DNA of 63,750 bases, filler included, from Asterionella formosa (taxonomy: Eukaryota): NCBI GenBank assembly GCA_002256025.1. It is 10 parts of 10 records of this genome, joined end to end, with 100 filler letters (N's around TTAATTAATTAA, not from the genome) between each part and the next. Parts side by side here need not be neighbours in the genome. Positions count along the whole stretch, not along the records: positions 1 to 18,299 come from NKIB01004089.1; positions 18,400 to 36,696 come from NKIB01004093.1; 8 more parts are not named here. One strand, written 5' to 3'. Shown in pieces: positions 10,681 through 22,773 of the stretch. Position 1 is the stretch's first letter. Each line of letters opens with the position of its first letter. The notes under the pieces are model-generated. The model was not told the origin of the DNA and made no database searches. It saw only the letters and a program-made list of their open reading frames with translations. A program made the position numbers and the translations under genes.

Positions 10681-11401
10681 TCTTCTTTAAGAGTCCAGAA
10701 TTTTAACTTATATCCTTCACATATTCATTGATTTTATGTATGCCCCATTTCGTAATCACAATTATAATTCTCATTCTATCCTGCCTGGCATTGCTCAATT
10801 TGGGCTTTCAACAGGGACCTTTCTTCGACTTTTGATTGATCCCATCATCTGCTGCTTGTTATGCTAGCTAGTTAGAGCGGATTAGTGAGTATCACATTTG
10901 GAATGTAGAAATTATACGTCTCGAATTGGCAATTTGAGTGCTTCTATTCTCCCTTTGATTGCTTCCGTCATTTGGATTTGTTCCATGCTATCAATTTCGC
11001 TCGATTGTAGCTGGAGAGGGTATTGCCACCATGATGATAGTGTGCCTGTTCACCATTAAATGACTGCCATGGTACTGTATCTGGTCCGGGAGGTAGACAG
11101 GTAGTACGGTATGTGGTAATATTTCTCTGCCACAAATGACAACCGGTACCCATGCGTAGTATTAAACTACCCAGTATCATTGTACTTACTACCGGTAGTA
11201 TTCTTACTTGACCTACATTTTATTGTACTCCCCTACATACGATCCATTCATAGATTTGATTGTTATGCTTGACTGTGTTCTGCCTACGGCGAGACTACGT
11301 TATTATTTCTGTTGTCGATAATCAAATTGTGTTGGTGCTTGTATACTGTGTACCTCGTCATTCAATAGCTGGACAGTCGTTGGACCTACTTCTCAGCCAG
11401 C

Positions 11402-13300
11402 ATGTATCCCATCAGTATCGCCCTCAAGGCGAAGATTGCTTTGGACGGAAGTGAAACGGAGAAGCGCGTTGGAGCCGTGCTGTTCGACGAAACAGTTCAA
11501 GTGCTCTCGTCCTTTGAACTCAATCAAATTGCGTCGCTCACGTACAGCGATGGAACATGCGATCAGATTTTCGAATTGCTCGGACTCGTCATGTCCAGTC
11601 CTATGGACGTTACCGTCCTCTCGCTGGAAAAGTCTGTGGTTGTCACAACACATGCTTTGATCTATGGAAGCGAAAAGTGCGTCAGTTCCGCGTTGGCCCT
11701 TTCTCGCTGGGTAAACCGACTTTGCGAGTTCAATACAGTATTGCTGGCTCAAAGCCAAAACGGAGTTTCTAGTTGGTGGAACTCTGTAAAAGGTGGCGCT
11801 GTAGACAGGGGCTTCCCCGTTCGCGAGGTGGCTCAGAAGTTGCAGCTCTTGTTGAATGATACAGAAAAAATACGACAGGTTCGAGCCGACAAGGCTGATC
11901 CTAATTCATTGGTTCCCGTGGGTGATGATCGAGTAGCCTATGTGAGTGACGAAGTCAGGCTGTTCATGCTCAAGAAGCGAATTCAAGAGCAGCAACTGAT
12001 TATTACAAAATCGAATTTGGCCAAAGCACAGGGCGGATATGGCGGCGGATATCAAACAAAGGATGGTCAGACTGTGGTTGGTGCAGCTCACAGCTTGGAC
12101 GAAATGATTGCCTACGCAGACCGGGAAAAGAAGAAATACAGTGACGATGGACCGATCTATGTAAGGCCCGAAATAACAACAGCTAATACTTGGCAGCAAC
12201 CAACACCAACAATTGCTCCAATTCCATCAGCGACGACGGATCTATTGGACATGGGGGCTCCAGCACCAGTATCAGAACCTTTTATGAATTTGATAGATTT
12301 TGAAACTATTGCCATCACGTCACCAGCACCCGCCGTGATGGATTTTTTCGCTGCATCCCAACCCCAACAACCCTCAACCGCTCCACTCATTGATCCCTTC
12401 GGCGCTGTTTTGGCCGCACAGGTAGCGCAACCTAAAGTCAATGAAACACAAGATTTGCTAAGTATTATGACCATTAATAGCGTCACATCAACACCTTCTC
12501 TTCCTCCATCAATCTTTGATTTGACGGGTCAACCTTCGATCATCAATAATTCCATACAAGCAATGCCTTCATCGACTCCTGTTCCGACAATTTCTGGACT
12601 CTTACCACCAAAGCCACCAGTTGCACATGTTATGACGAGTAATGAAGATCGATTTATGGCACTTGACATGTTGTCTGGACCAGAGACAACGAATTCTGGA
12701 TCCCTGTTGAGCGGATTGGAAGCTCAAAATCGAATTTTGGGCTTAGGAAGTAGTCCAAAGGGGAATGAAGCAATGACAAGTAGTTTTGGAAGTCAACTTG
12801 GGAGTGCTACAACTATTCTCGCAAGCACCATGAGTGGTTTATTTGGTGGTGGACCTCAGGGTTTAACAGTGCCGAAATCAGGAAATGATGTATCGACTAT
12901 GATGGAACTGGGTCCAAGTTCATGTAGCTTGCCACCAGATCCCCAAACTGGTACACCTCATACAATTCACACATCCTTGACTGGTAATAGCCATTTTATG
13001 GGAGATATGGCAATGTCGTCGTACGGAATGGGCATGACAATGGGTGGTGATTCATATTTGACTAATAAAACTGATTACAGCTCTCCAGGTGCAATGGGAA
13101 TGCCTCCTCCTTTGCCCATGGAATCACCACCATTCCCAACAGGTGGTATACCTGGAATAACAGAGCGTTACGGTCCTCCTGAAACAGACAACGATGACAG
13201 TGGCTTTGGAATTGCCATGGGAGGTACCATTGGGTCTGGCCTGGGCGAACCTGTTGGACCTCCTCCAGGAGCGCCTCCTCCTCCACCACCTACCCTGTAG
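11402..13300 (+). CDS. ENTH-domain (epsin-like) clathrin adaptor
   Basis: N-terminal ENTH features (ELNQIASLTY, KSVVVTTHALIYGSEKCV, DRGFPVREVAQKLQLLLNDTEKIRQVR). The disordered tail has clathrin/adaptor-type motifs (DLLDM, NLIDF, LIDPF, DLLSI) and a poly-Pro end. Confidence 0.85.
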   Translation: MYPISIALKAKIALDGSETEKRVGAVLFDETVQVLSSFELNQIASLTYSDGTCDQIFELLGLVMSSPMDVTVLSLEKSVVVTTHALIYGSEKCVSSALALSRWVNRLCEFNTVLLAQSQNGVSSWWNSVKGGAVDRGFPVREVAQKLQLLLNDTEKIRQVRADKADPNSLVPVGDDRVAYVSDEVRLFMLKKRIQEQQLIITKSNLAKAQGGYGGGYQTKDGQTVVGAAHSLDEMIAYADREKKKYSDDGPIYVRPEITTANTWQQPTPTIAPIPSATTDLLDMGAPAPVSEPFMNLIDFETIAITSPAPAVMDFFAASQPQQPSTAPLIDPFGAVLAAQVAQPKVNETQDLLSIMTINSVTSTPSLPPSIFDLTGQPSIINNSIQAMPSSTPVPTISGLLPPKPPVAHVMTSNEDRFMALDMLSGPETTNSGSLLSGLEAQNRILGLGSSPKGNEAMTSSFGSQLGSATTILASTMSGLFGGGPQGLTVPKSGNDVSTMMELGPSSCSLPPDPQTGTPHTIHTSLTGNSHFMGDMAMSSYGMGMTMGGDSYLTNKTDYSSPGAMGMPPPLPMESPPFPTGGIPGITERYGPPETDNDDSGFGIAMGGTIGSGLGEPVGPPPGAPPPPPPTL

Positions 13301-13575
13301 CAAACATTTGAAAGTACCTAGCTGCATGTCTTTAGGTGTAAATGAATGGAATGCTTCTTCAAGTGTATCAAGTCACTATTCCAAGGTGGTATGTAAATAG
13401 ATTACTTTGATGTATTATATCTGGTATTCAACTGATGTGGTTCTGCTATTTTTTATCGCCTTCATGTTTACTACATATAATACATTATTATTCTTTCTAC
13501 CATTCTTTGTGTAGCTACAGAAAATCATATTCTACACCAGTACATATATTGAATTGCCAGAGTATCTATTATGTA

Positions 13576-14611
13576 CTCCCTCCATTCATGCATACTGGTA
13601 GTTGCAACGAAACTTTAAGTAAGTGCCTCTCATGAAGTGCAAGCTCCAATGATTCCCTGGCCAATAACTCCTCCTATTTAAAAATCATTCCAAATCAAAT
13701 GGTGTATATAATATATGTTCTAAGTAATCTAGAATTAGGTGACCCTGACCCCGAGTTTTTGGTGCGTTTTTTGTAGAATTGTGTCCCAATTGGAATGTTT
13801 GCTCCAGACCCCCCCCCCTTTTTGTTGACCCTTTGTTGGTCAATAGACATAAAAAGAATCATTTAACAACAGAACAGTAACAATACATCGCCGATTGTTT
13901 GCTTCGCAACCTCAAATGGGAGGCTAATGATATCGTGAACATGGATGGCCAGCTCGTCATAAATCTAGGCATACACCAAACTTTAGCTATATTGTTCGAC
14001 ATCTGTAGATTTAATTATTGTTGACCAGAAATGCATGCTTGTTAGTGTATATAACTTCATTTTTATGGCGTCTTAAAACTATACTACTGGGATAGAATGT
14101 GTTATGTGGCGCCCCTTGGCAACATAAGTAACTGAAATCAGCCAAACAAACGTGGTGACGCCGGCATGTATGTAGCAGAGGAAGCATGCCTGTAAGTGTA
14201 TTGAGCTATATCTTTTTGGTATTCATAGCCGATATTACATACATGGATTCAGGTAAGTACAAACTTTACTTAAATTATATGACATCTGTAGAACGAAATA
14301 ATTATGTTTAGAAATGCATGCTTGTTAGTTTATTTAGCTGTTTCTCTTTGGTGGTAATAGCCGATATTATACACATGGATACAGGTTGCTCAGTACGCTG
14401 GCCAACAAAAACCACCCTAATCGATCCACATGTATCGCTATTTATTGTTATACTCGCCTAAATTCACTAATCTAACTGACACACCGCCCTGTCGCCTGTA
14501 TCACCTCGCGTAGAAATTTATTTTGAATTTCTATGCAGGCGTTCCTTAAAGGACGTGAATCGAGCTGAGCTAGTTGCTGAGCGTGTTGCAATTATACATG
14601 AATGGAGGGAG
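13576..14611. mobile_element. Stowaway-like (Tc1/mariner) non-autonomous element, 1036 bp
   Basis: TA|CTCCCTCCATTCATGCATA ... TATACATGAATGGAGGGAG|TA gives an 18/19-bp TIR and a TA target-site duplication. No ORF. Internal direct duplications at ~13998-14060/14281-14340 and 14225-14254/14357-14386. Confidence 0.88.
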
Positions 14612-15581
14612 TATTCCGAAATATGCGTTTGTCAGCCATACATTTTTGAAAGTAGCTCTACCACATTGAACAAAAGCCAACCCAATCATAGTTTGGGTCA
14701 ATACACATCATGATGTGTCACGTTGGTCGAAAAAGCAAATATATTTTAGCCACCGCATCGACCAAGACCAAATCTGCTTTGTCTTGGCAAACGGCAAACT
14801 ACAACCCAATTATTACATGAGTCATGCTTGCTTCGTCACAGTGGCGCCAACATTTTGGATCCCCTTTCTGTTCAATTCTGAAAGCCTTTCCGGTCACCTC
14901 CTCCTCTAGATTTGATACGTAGTACTAATGTTGCACCTCCAACATCTCTGCCTCCACAAGTCAAAATCAATTCAGAAACCAATCCAACCAAATCAATTAT
15001 AGCATCGTTTTCTGCTCCTACAGGCCCAATCTGAACATGTATGAAATTTCGTTACGATGACAAAAATGTGTGAGTTGCAATTGTTAAGGAAAATGTGTTG
15101 ACAATTTTTCAAACCATTTTCCGCTGGCCTATTTGCTTTTTCACTTTTTATTCTACTCCCTGTTTGTCATTGTTACGCCTTACCTTTCGATTTCTGTTTC
15201 ATACTACTTTGGTTGCTTCACAACATCGAGCCGAAATTTTCGATCCTTGTTACAATCATTCTTGTGCAACCAATTTTTCATGCAAATACGATTGGTATTC
15301 CATGGACCATGCATTTTTGATGTGGCTTCTATTCCTTGATTTATAAACTTGCTTGACTATATCAACTCAATTCCTGAGCGACATTACTCATTGGTCACTG
15401 CTCAAACCTAAAATTGGACTGCCGAAATCTCCAGTGTGCTCCTATATTGTCCCCAAATAAAAATTACCAAGAGATTCCAAAAATAACTGAGACACCCACA
15501 TGATCTCATCGAAAAACAAAAAGATTGCTAGGGTCGTGGCTGTGTACATTTTAGGAGACAGGCGGAGCATGTGATTTACGT

Positions 15582-15636
15582 TACTTGCGCCACCCAGCCT
15601 CGAACACATGTAAACTCGCATGCAAGAGACCACCTC
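15582..15636 (+). repeat. Dispersed repeat C, copy 1
   Basis: tacttgcgccacccagcctcgaacacatgtaaactcgcatgcaagagacc is nearly identical to 35621-35676. Confidence 0.75.
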
Positions 15637-16162
15637 AAGCGTGTCGTACCAGTTAAAAATGGCTTTGAGCCACTTCGAATGGCTTTGAGTCACTTAACGA
15701 TATAATATTCACTGTGTACACATAGGTTTTTTCTAATTTTCCAGTTATGACTATTTTTAGTACGACAACGTTGTTTCTGACGTTGCGCCGGATACAACAT
15801 ATCTTGTTGTCGATTAGGTCTTATGCGTTAGCTAATCAGATTAATGTGTCCGAAAGTAGCGATTGGCCAAAAAGGGTCAAAACAAATATTATACCATTGA
15901 GCCGGCATCTGCCGGAAATGCACATAAACATTTGTGAAGGAAACCTAATATCTAATATTTATATAGTTACGTTTAACCGCCACGGACAATATACTATCAT
16001 AGCAATAAATGAATCAATTAGTCACTCAGAGTAAATGAATGCAATATTTCTTGAAGGCCAAAAAAATCGCGCCATATTTATACGTGAGCCCGTAAATCAC
16101 ATCAGAAATTGCTTCCGATGCACCACAAAATGAAGCAAATCGCGATCATCCTATTAACAACG

Positions 16163-17770
16163 ATGAAACCTACAGCAAGAAAACAGCCTCAACCATCCAA
16201 AAAGTACAAGGTGATACCTAGTAACTCATTGGATAAGACTGTTGTGTTGCTTATTTAAAATAATTTAGTAATGGAATTAGAAACTTTAAAGGTAAATAAC
16301 AACGGGAAACTACCATATGGCGCAATCTCGAATATTGTTGCATCTACTAAGGCGGCTACACTGACTTGGCTAACAAAACCTATGGTCCAGTACCATTTAC
16401 AGAAGCTAAATCAGGCAGTAAAGTCATATAATTCACTAGTACAATTAGCTGCTTCTATGACACCAAATGATTCACAGTCGTTGGCAGGACACATCTCATC
16501 CGTTTCTACCCTGACTGCGAATTCAAGTATTAATGTCCATCTTCCAGTTGATGCATTCGTGAGTAGTGATGTTACAAGTGTTGCAAGGATGAAAAATAAT
16601 GAAGGAAAAGAAAAAGAAGCAAATAATGAAAACGGAAGGGTGAGAAAAAATGAAGAGAAAGAACAAGAAGCAAATAATGAAGATGGACTTACCTGTGAAG
16701 CTTTGGGGAATGTCCGTGAAACTGACAACGATGATGCCACCCTTTATTGGCGTCTAAAGGGCAGCACCAACGCCATGTCACGAGATAATGAACAACGCAT
16801 TGCACGAGCAATTGCTGAGGCCTCACAGCAATATAGGGTTGTTAAAAATCATGCAAAACATAACAATACTTATGTTGCAAGAGGTGAACTTACAAAAAAA
16901 ATCCAAGTTTACAAATAGAAGAACCAAGTTGCACCTTCCACCCATATCAGTTCCTTCACAGTCCGTACACGTGCTAGGAGAAATACTTCTTTTGCCACCT
17001 CCTTGAAGCAGGGAACCCCGTCAACCTTACTTGGTGCAACTGATTACCCAGCTTGCTAAAATGCGCACCCCAATCACTGTTGCTAAGGGCCTTCAACTTG
17101 CCAACTCAATTATTGAAGGGACCCCAACATATGACAAATTAATTGCATGGAAAGAGAAGCACAACATACATTACCGAATCCATGGAAACTGTCAACTTGG
17201 ACTGGGATACTGGCAGGGATTCACAAAAAGAAAAAACACCTTGTGACAAGCAAGAAGGCAGTGAAATTTGAATCCAAGAGAGCCGATTGGTGCACCTTCC
17301 AGAATTTCGAAACCATGTACAATGACGTTTATGAAGAGATGGTGAGGGGAGGAATTGCCATGAAGCTGAATGCAAAAGTCAAGCTCAGCAAGGAAGGAGG
17401 ATTAATTGTTGAACATGCACATGAAGCTTTTGGGTTAGAAACAAAATACGACCTGATATGACCAGACAAGCTCTTGTTTGTGGATGAGGTAGGATCAAAT
17501 ACAACTCAAGCAAAAGATGGGAATGTTGGTGGTGAGAAACGACTGTCTGCAACTGGTCAACAACCTCAGATACGCAGTGCCACAAAGGATAGCCACTTCA
17601 CAGTCTTGGGTTTCACAGCTGCCAATGGGATGCCTTTGATGTGTGCTATAATATTTGCTGCAAAAGAGCTGGAACAAGCATCTACAACGCCGATTACTGG
17701 TACAGCCGCCACAAAAAAAGGTAGTCAAATATGATCACCCAGATTAATTATTCGGGTGGCCCAACATGAC
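16163..17770 (+). pseudogene. Fragmented pogo/Fot1-like (DDE_1, CENP-B-related) transposase
   Basis: Successive same-strand ORF pieces (16271-16918, 17031-17246, 17147-17461, 17474-17734) broken by frameshifts and stops. CENP-B-HTH-like segment (LITQLAKMRTPIT...LGLGYWQGF), first catalytic region LFVDEVGSNT, and FTVLGFTAANGMPLMCAIIF. Confidence 0.75.
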
Positions 17771-18299
17771 GAATTTAGTTACGTACATAATTTATGGGTA
17801 TGACATCACATAAAAATATAATGCATCATACAATATATATGAACGGAGTGAACTAAAATAGTTTCGACAATTTCCATAATTATTTTAGAAACCCACATAA
17901 TTTTTGGGGCCAACTGACAATATTTTCTGGCCACACAAAGAAAAATTTGTTCAGTAATAATCTCTATAATATGGTCCTTTTCTCAACAATTCGCAACATT
18001 CCCGTTCACAAATATTCTTCACTCTGACTACCATTAATTCAGTTTGTTTGCTCCTATTTTATCTTTACTTTGATCACATTAATACCTCAAGGTTAAACAA
18101 ATATATATTCTAGTCAAACAAATAATTATGTGTAACCAATCAACGTTTAAATTAAATTCTAGCTACAATCGCAAAATCAATCAAATTAATTGCTTCGCTA
18201 TATAGTTTATATTGATACTTTCTATAGATCGCAATTCTCAGACCAATACAACAAGCAATGGATGTTCATTCTTGCAGCTGGATGCTGTAACTAATCGCA

Positions 18300-18399
18300 N
18301 NNNNNNNNNNNNNNNNNNNNNNNNNNNNNNNNNNNNNNNNNNNTTAATTAATTAANNNNNNNNNNNNNNNNNNNNNNNNNNNNNNNNNNNNNNNNNNNN
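18300..18399. other. Artificial contig linker (N44-TTAATTAATTAA-N44); others at 36697-36796, 55090-55189, 56328-56427, 57565-57664, 58802-58901, 60039-60138, 61276-61375, 62513-62612
   Basis: Nine identical 100-bp spacers with a six-frame stop core. The flanking contigs have near-identical lengths within each size class. Confidence 0.97.
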
Positions 18400-18523
18400 T
18401 GATGCTGCCCTGCAAAAGTGTAAAACGTAAAGTAATAAGAAAATAATTTTTGTAGTATTAACGGAGTAAAAATAAACACGGTTTGGGGGGAAAATATATA
18501 CATGTACAGATAGAAAAATATGC

Positions 18524-18730
18524 ACTGTAAGCCACCGCTATGCAATAATCTTAGTGACTTTGGAAAAATTATTTCTTCATGGCTAGATACACTGAATCAA
18601 AACTGATTCCTTAATAGTATAGCAGAGAGCATTGTCTAACATAAGCTTTGTACTTGCGTCAAGTTTTGATCGTTGAATTACATAAATATTTTTAGTCGAA
18701 AGATAGAGTAAAATAGCGGTGGCTTACAGT
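18524..18730. mobile_element. Short MITE-like element (207 bp) with perfect 18-bp terminal inverted repeats
   Basis: actgtaagccaccgctat (18524-18541) and atagcggtggcttacagt (18713-18730) enclose an AT-rich non-coding interior. No clear TSD. Confidence 0.7.
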
Positions 18731-20605
18731 TTTTAAGTGGTACCACCACCAAGATGTTGCAACACGAGCCCGAAATTATCATACACACAACGCACATTAT
18801 GCATTGCTTTATAAATGCATCATGCATACATACTGTATGCAATAAATCCCGGTAAATGTTTGTGCCTGTAACCTAAATTTTGGTCGTTCGAATTCTGTGG
18901 ATCAAAGCTTGTACCCTTTGAATATACCAGTATTTATACCGTCATGTGTAAACTATAGTGCAACCTACACTAGTTCAACTTCTTTATCCTTGTAACAGCC
19001 AACTGCCCTAGTAGTTAGAGCAATGATGGTGCTACCTGAGTAACACCACAGTCGTCACATTGCATTGTGCCTCCTCCTTCTGATGCAAGGGGAGTTAAAT
19101 TATTTTCATTCCTCTGATGTCATTACCAACCTTGTTTTCCAGCTCCTTATCCTACTGTTGGGTAGCACTGCACCACCTTGTTGCATCATCCCATCTTGAC
19201 CCACATGGACCACATCACCTTCAATTCCTCCCCCCCATCTTGTTGTCAATGGTGTACACCTCTTCTTCTGACCCATTCACAACATCCAGCCATTTCTCAA
19301 CCTGATTGAAATCTGGTTCCAGATGACAAGCAAATATGTAGGTGTTTTCATCCAAACAGACAGAGCTACCTGGCAGGTAACCCTGCATACTGGCTGGGCT
19401 AAAAACCTCCCAAGAAGTGCCCATGCCACTGTCAAATGCTACATCGTTGAGCTAGGCAACATATTACAAAATGAAACATTCACATTACGACACCTAAGCT
19501 CCGTATTATGTGAAGTGACTTTCACGTAGCCAATGACAGCACTCCTTCACTCACATATAGCAGCACTATTCATGAAAAACTCATCAAAATGTACTGGTGA
19601 CACAAAACAACAACATCAAAAATTTGAACGCATCAGAAAAACAGAAACAATCAGGTGGACCAAGAGATTGCTATTTCAAACTCATAATCAAAATCACTGT
19701 TCTGAATAGAATCGGAAATTCTTTTAATCACGATATATTCCCAACAGCAACGCTAAATAATTCGCCAAAGATAAGTGGTGTCAGCGAGAATTTTTTGTCA
19801 CTGGCAGGTGTCTGGTATATGTGTCAAGGCCTGTGAAACAAAAAGCAATGCACATTCAGTTGCAAGGAGATCAGATACATCATTCACCATATTTTTCAAT
19901 GCTGCATTACTCAAACAAACATGAGACAAATTACCCCACATCGACGAACAATTGACTAAGGCGAGTCCAAGGATAGAATGTAATTTTTGCACAAAAGAGT
20001 CTGAAACTGCTCAATCGGTCAGTCTGGGGAAATTTGTGATTAGATTCAAGGATCGAGATTTGACCTTTTTTAAGCAAATGACAAACAGTGTAATGCTGCA
20101 TATATATAAGTATTTCTACTAGATGTAACTTCGAAATGACCAACTCAATGTTCCATAGAAATGTGAACTAGAACACAAAGTACATACGTGAAAATCAGTA
20201 CCAACAAATAATCATTTCCGAAAAGAGGCTTTTGTCAGTTTCCTCATTTTTTTCACAGTGGAAACAAATAATCATTAAAAATAATTAATCAGGCGAGTCA
20301 CTGCGGATTCAATGGTGCCCCTACTTTGTTTATATCGTAAACAACTGAGCAAACGACGATTAAAAAAATCAAGCGGCGATTTCAATTTTTGTTGTCAATA
20401 TTAATGCAAATAAATTTTAATTAATTTACGATCCCTTGTATATGTCAGGCTTGATAATTGTACAGAGCAGCCAGGAATGGCTCATTCTAAATTTCTTCGA
20501 AGATCTTTAATAGGTTTGTCATGGTCAAGGTGGATTTTTGAATCATTTAGTGTATATTAGGAGTACATAAATATCAAACGTAGCTATGTATGCCGGAAGT
20601 TACTA

Positions 20606-20660
20606 GGGGAATGGCTTAGTGGTATGGAAACGTTCTGAGGTAGTGGGTTTGATCCCGAAA
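20606..20660 (+). other. Second degenerate tRNA-like head
   Basis: GGGGAATGGCTTAGTGGTA...GTGGGTTTGATCCC has A- and B-box-like motifs and the same GGGGAATG start as 1854-1920, with a shortened middle. Confidence 0.4.
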
Positions 20661-21376
20661 TTCTTTACCTTTTTGTTTATGTAGTCCTCCCTAGGGTTAT
20701 TGTTGGCGGTGACACAGACAACAAGCAGGTCTAAGGCCCACTTGGGGGCCAAGTGCGACTTCACAACCTCCACAAATGTCGAGTTACATAACAATAGCAT
20801 ACTATCAAATTTGAATAATATTTTATAGAAACTGGCAGTTCTACAAATCTTGCTATTAGTAATGGCATGCATGTTATCATTGTTGCAATTACTGGTACCA
20901 GCAGCTAAGTTGCGGTAAAAACAATGACATTGATATAAGTATGAAATATGTGGCCAGCGGTATCGTGTAATAATCAATTCAAATACCCGGTTTGTGTTTT
21001 GACGAGAAATCTTGTGAAAAAATACAGCCTGACTGCAGCTCCAGGGTGGGGGCTGGTACTATGCAACAAATGTACGAAAAAACGTAGATAGTTTGTCCAC
21101 TGAGATTAAGCCGCTGGTGTGTCATCATTGTGCACATCGGTATGCACATATGATCATATGTAGCGAAGCAAGCAATTTTATTGCAATCAATGCATCATGT
21201 ACTCTTCTCTAAACAACAATAGAAATCGAGATGCACACAGTGGTTCAGATAACAGTAATTTCAATCAATCATTATATTGTTATAGTCGCCGTCTGTAAAT
21301 AAAAAACCCGTTAGGCCTAACAATTTTGCTGTAAGACCCACTGCCCCAAAAATTCTCAGTATGACGTATTATTTTT

Positions 21377-21467
21377 TGATTGATCATACAAAAAAACTGA
21401 TTGATCATACAGAAATATTGATTGATCGTACAGAAATAATGATTGATCATACAAAAAACTGATTGAT
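21377..21467. repeat. Minisatellite, ~21-bp unit x4
   Basis: Repeats of tgattgatc(a/g)taca(a/g)aaa.... Confidence 0.85.
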
Positions 21468-22615
21468 ATCAACTAACATTTTGGTGTTCAATCTAAAGAT
21501 AGTAATCGCGAGATCAAGTCAGTTATTCATTCGGTCTAACCTTTGGAATGCTAATATCAAAAAGAATTTTTAGCTTTTGATCTAAAGTTCATTACTACTG
21601 ATCTAACTAATTTCTCTCATTGATCAAGTCTATTATCATGTTCGATCAATGATGAACACAAATCGAATTAAATGGATTACTATTTAATAATCAAACATTC
21701 TACTTCTGGTCACCCATACTTTCCACTGTGCATCCTCTATCAGAATGAGCACACAGTGGTCCTCCATACCTTAATTTTCACTTCCGATAGCTATGTTTAG
21801 ATCATTGCCTCTTCAAAAAGAAATGAGAGAGTAAACGAAATTGATGATGTTTTATTCGAACCTCTACCATTGCGAATGGCAGCAAGTCACATTCTCCAAT
21901 GTTCTTATACGACTTTCCTGTAAGAGATAATAACAACAATGTTAGCAAAACTGTTGCATCAAGTAAGCAAGGCAGCCATCTAAACGAAGATATGTGCAAC
22001 GAAACGATCAAATGAATAATCCATCACTCCAATTTCCGTATGAGCAGGCAATGTGCATATAACTTACCTGCATCATGGAAGGGAAAGATGTTATTTATGT
22101 CGAAATCCAAATTATTGGACACAGACACTACAAAGCCTCTGCATCATTGTGCACAAACATATTAAGAGCGGTTTCTTACTTCGTAATTAGGTTGGATTTT
22201 TATCGTTCGTCCTGAGGAAGTGTAGAAACTTTGAGTGGTAGCAGCGCACATGAATAGCGATACAATTTTATAGTTTGCTTCCGGTCTCACATGGTACTGA
22301 TCATAAGCCCCTTGGTAGCCACAGTTGAGAAGCAAAACAATCATATAACTTACCTCTTCTCACCGGTTGGTTTAATACCAGTATAAGGCTCTCTATCACC
22401 AACCCCCTCATCAGTTTGTTATGTGGAATAGAATGCATTACCGGCATGAATTTTTTAACAATATCACAAAATTTCCTCTTCTTCAAAAGTGTGTATAACA
22501 TACATCTCTGTGTGTCTAGTAACTTTTTCGAAGGAACATTCTTTAATACCACCCTGCCTACCAGTATGTATGATTAGATAAAATATACAAAACTTAACAG
22601 GAATTCGAATACCCA

Positions 22616-22773
22616 GTACTGTGAAACTGTACCTATTACTACGCTGGTACTGCGAAACTGTAGGTTTGCTCTACCAGCATTCCCTTCTTCCGGTCGGAAC
22701 ATGACGTGGTGGCTACAGTGAAACGGTACCTATTACCAAGCTGGTATTATGAAACCGTAGCTTTGCGCTACCA
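22616..22773. repeat. Imperfect ~60-bp direct repeat built from TGAAAC.GTA units
   Basis: gtgaaactgtacctattactacgctggtactgcgaaactgtaggtttgctctacca versus gtgaaacggtacctattaccaagctggtattatgaaaccgtagctttgcgctacca. Confidence 0.75.

Noticed and set aside
18344..18355. Recurrent TTAATTAATTAA flanked by N runs, evenly spaced every ~1237 bp at the end of the window, resembling a repeat array or piggyBac TTAA sites
   Set aside because: Artificial six-frame-stop linker. The regular spacing reflects equal contig lengths.
21377..21467. CRISPR-like direct repeats
   Set aside because: The units are head-to-tail with no unique spacers, the context is eukaryotic and there are no cas genes.
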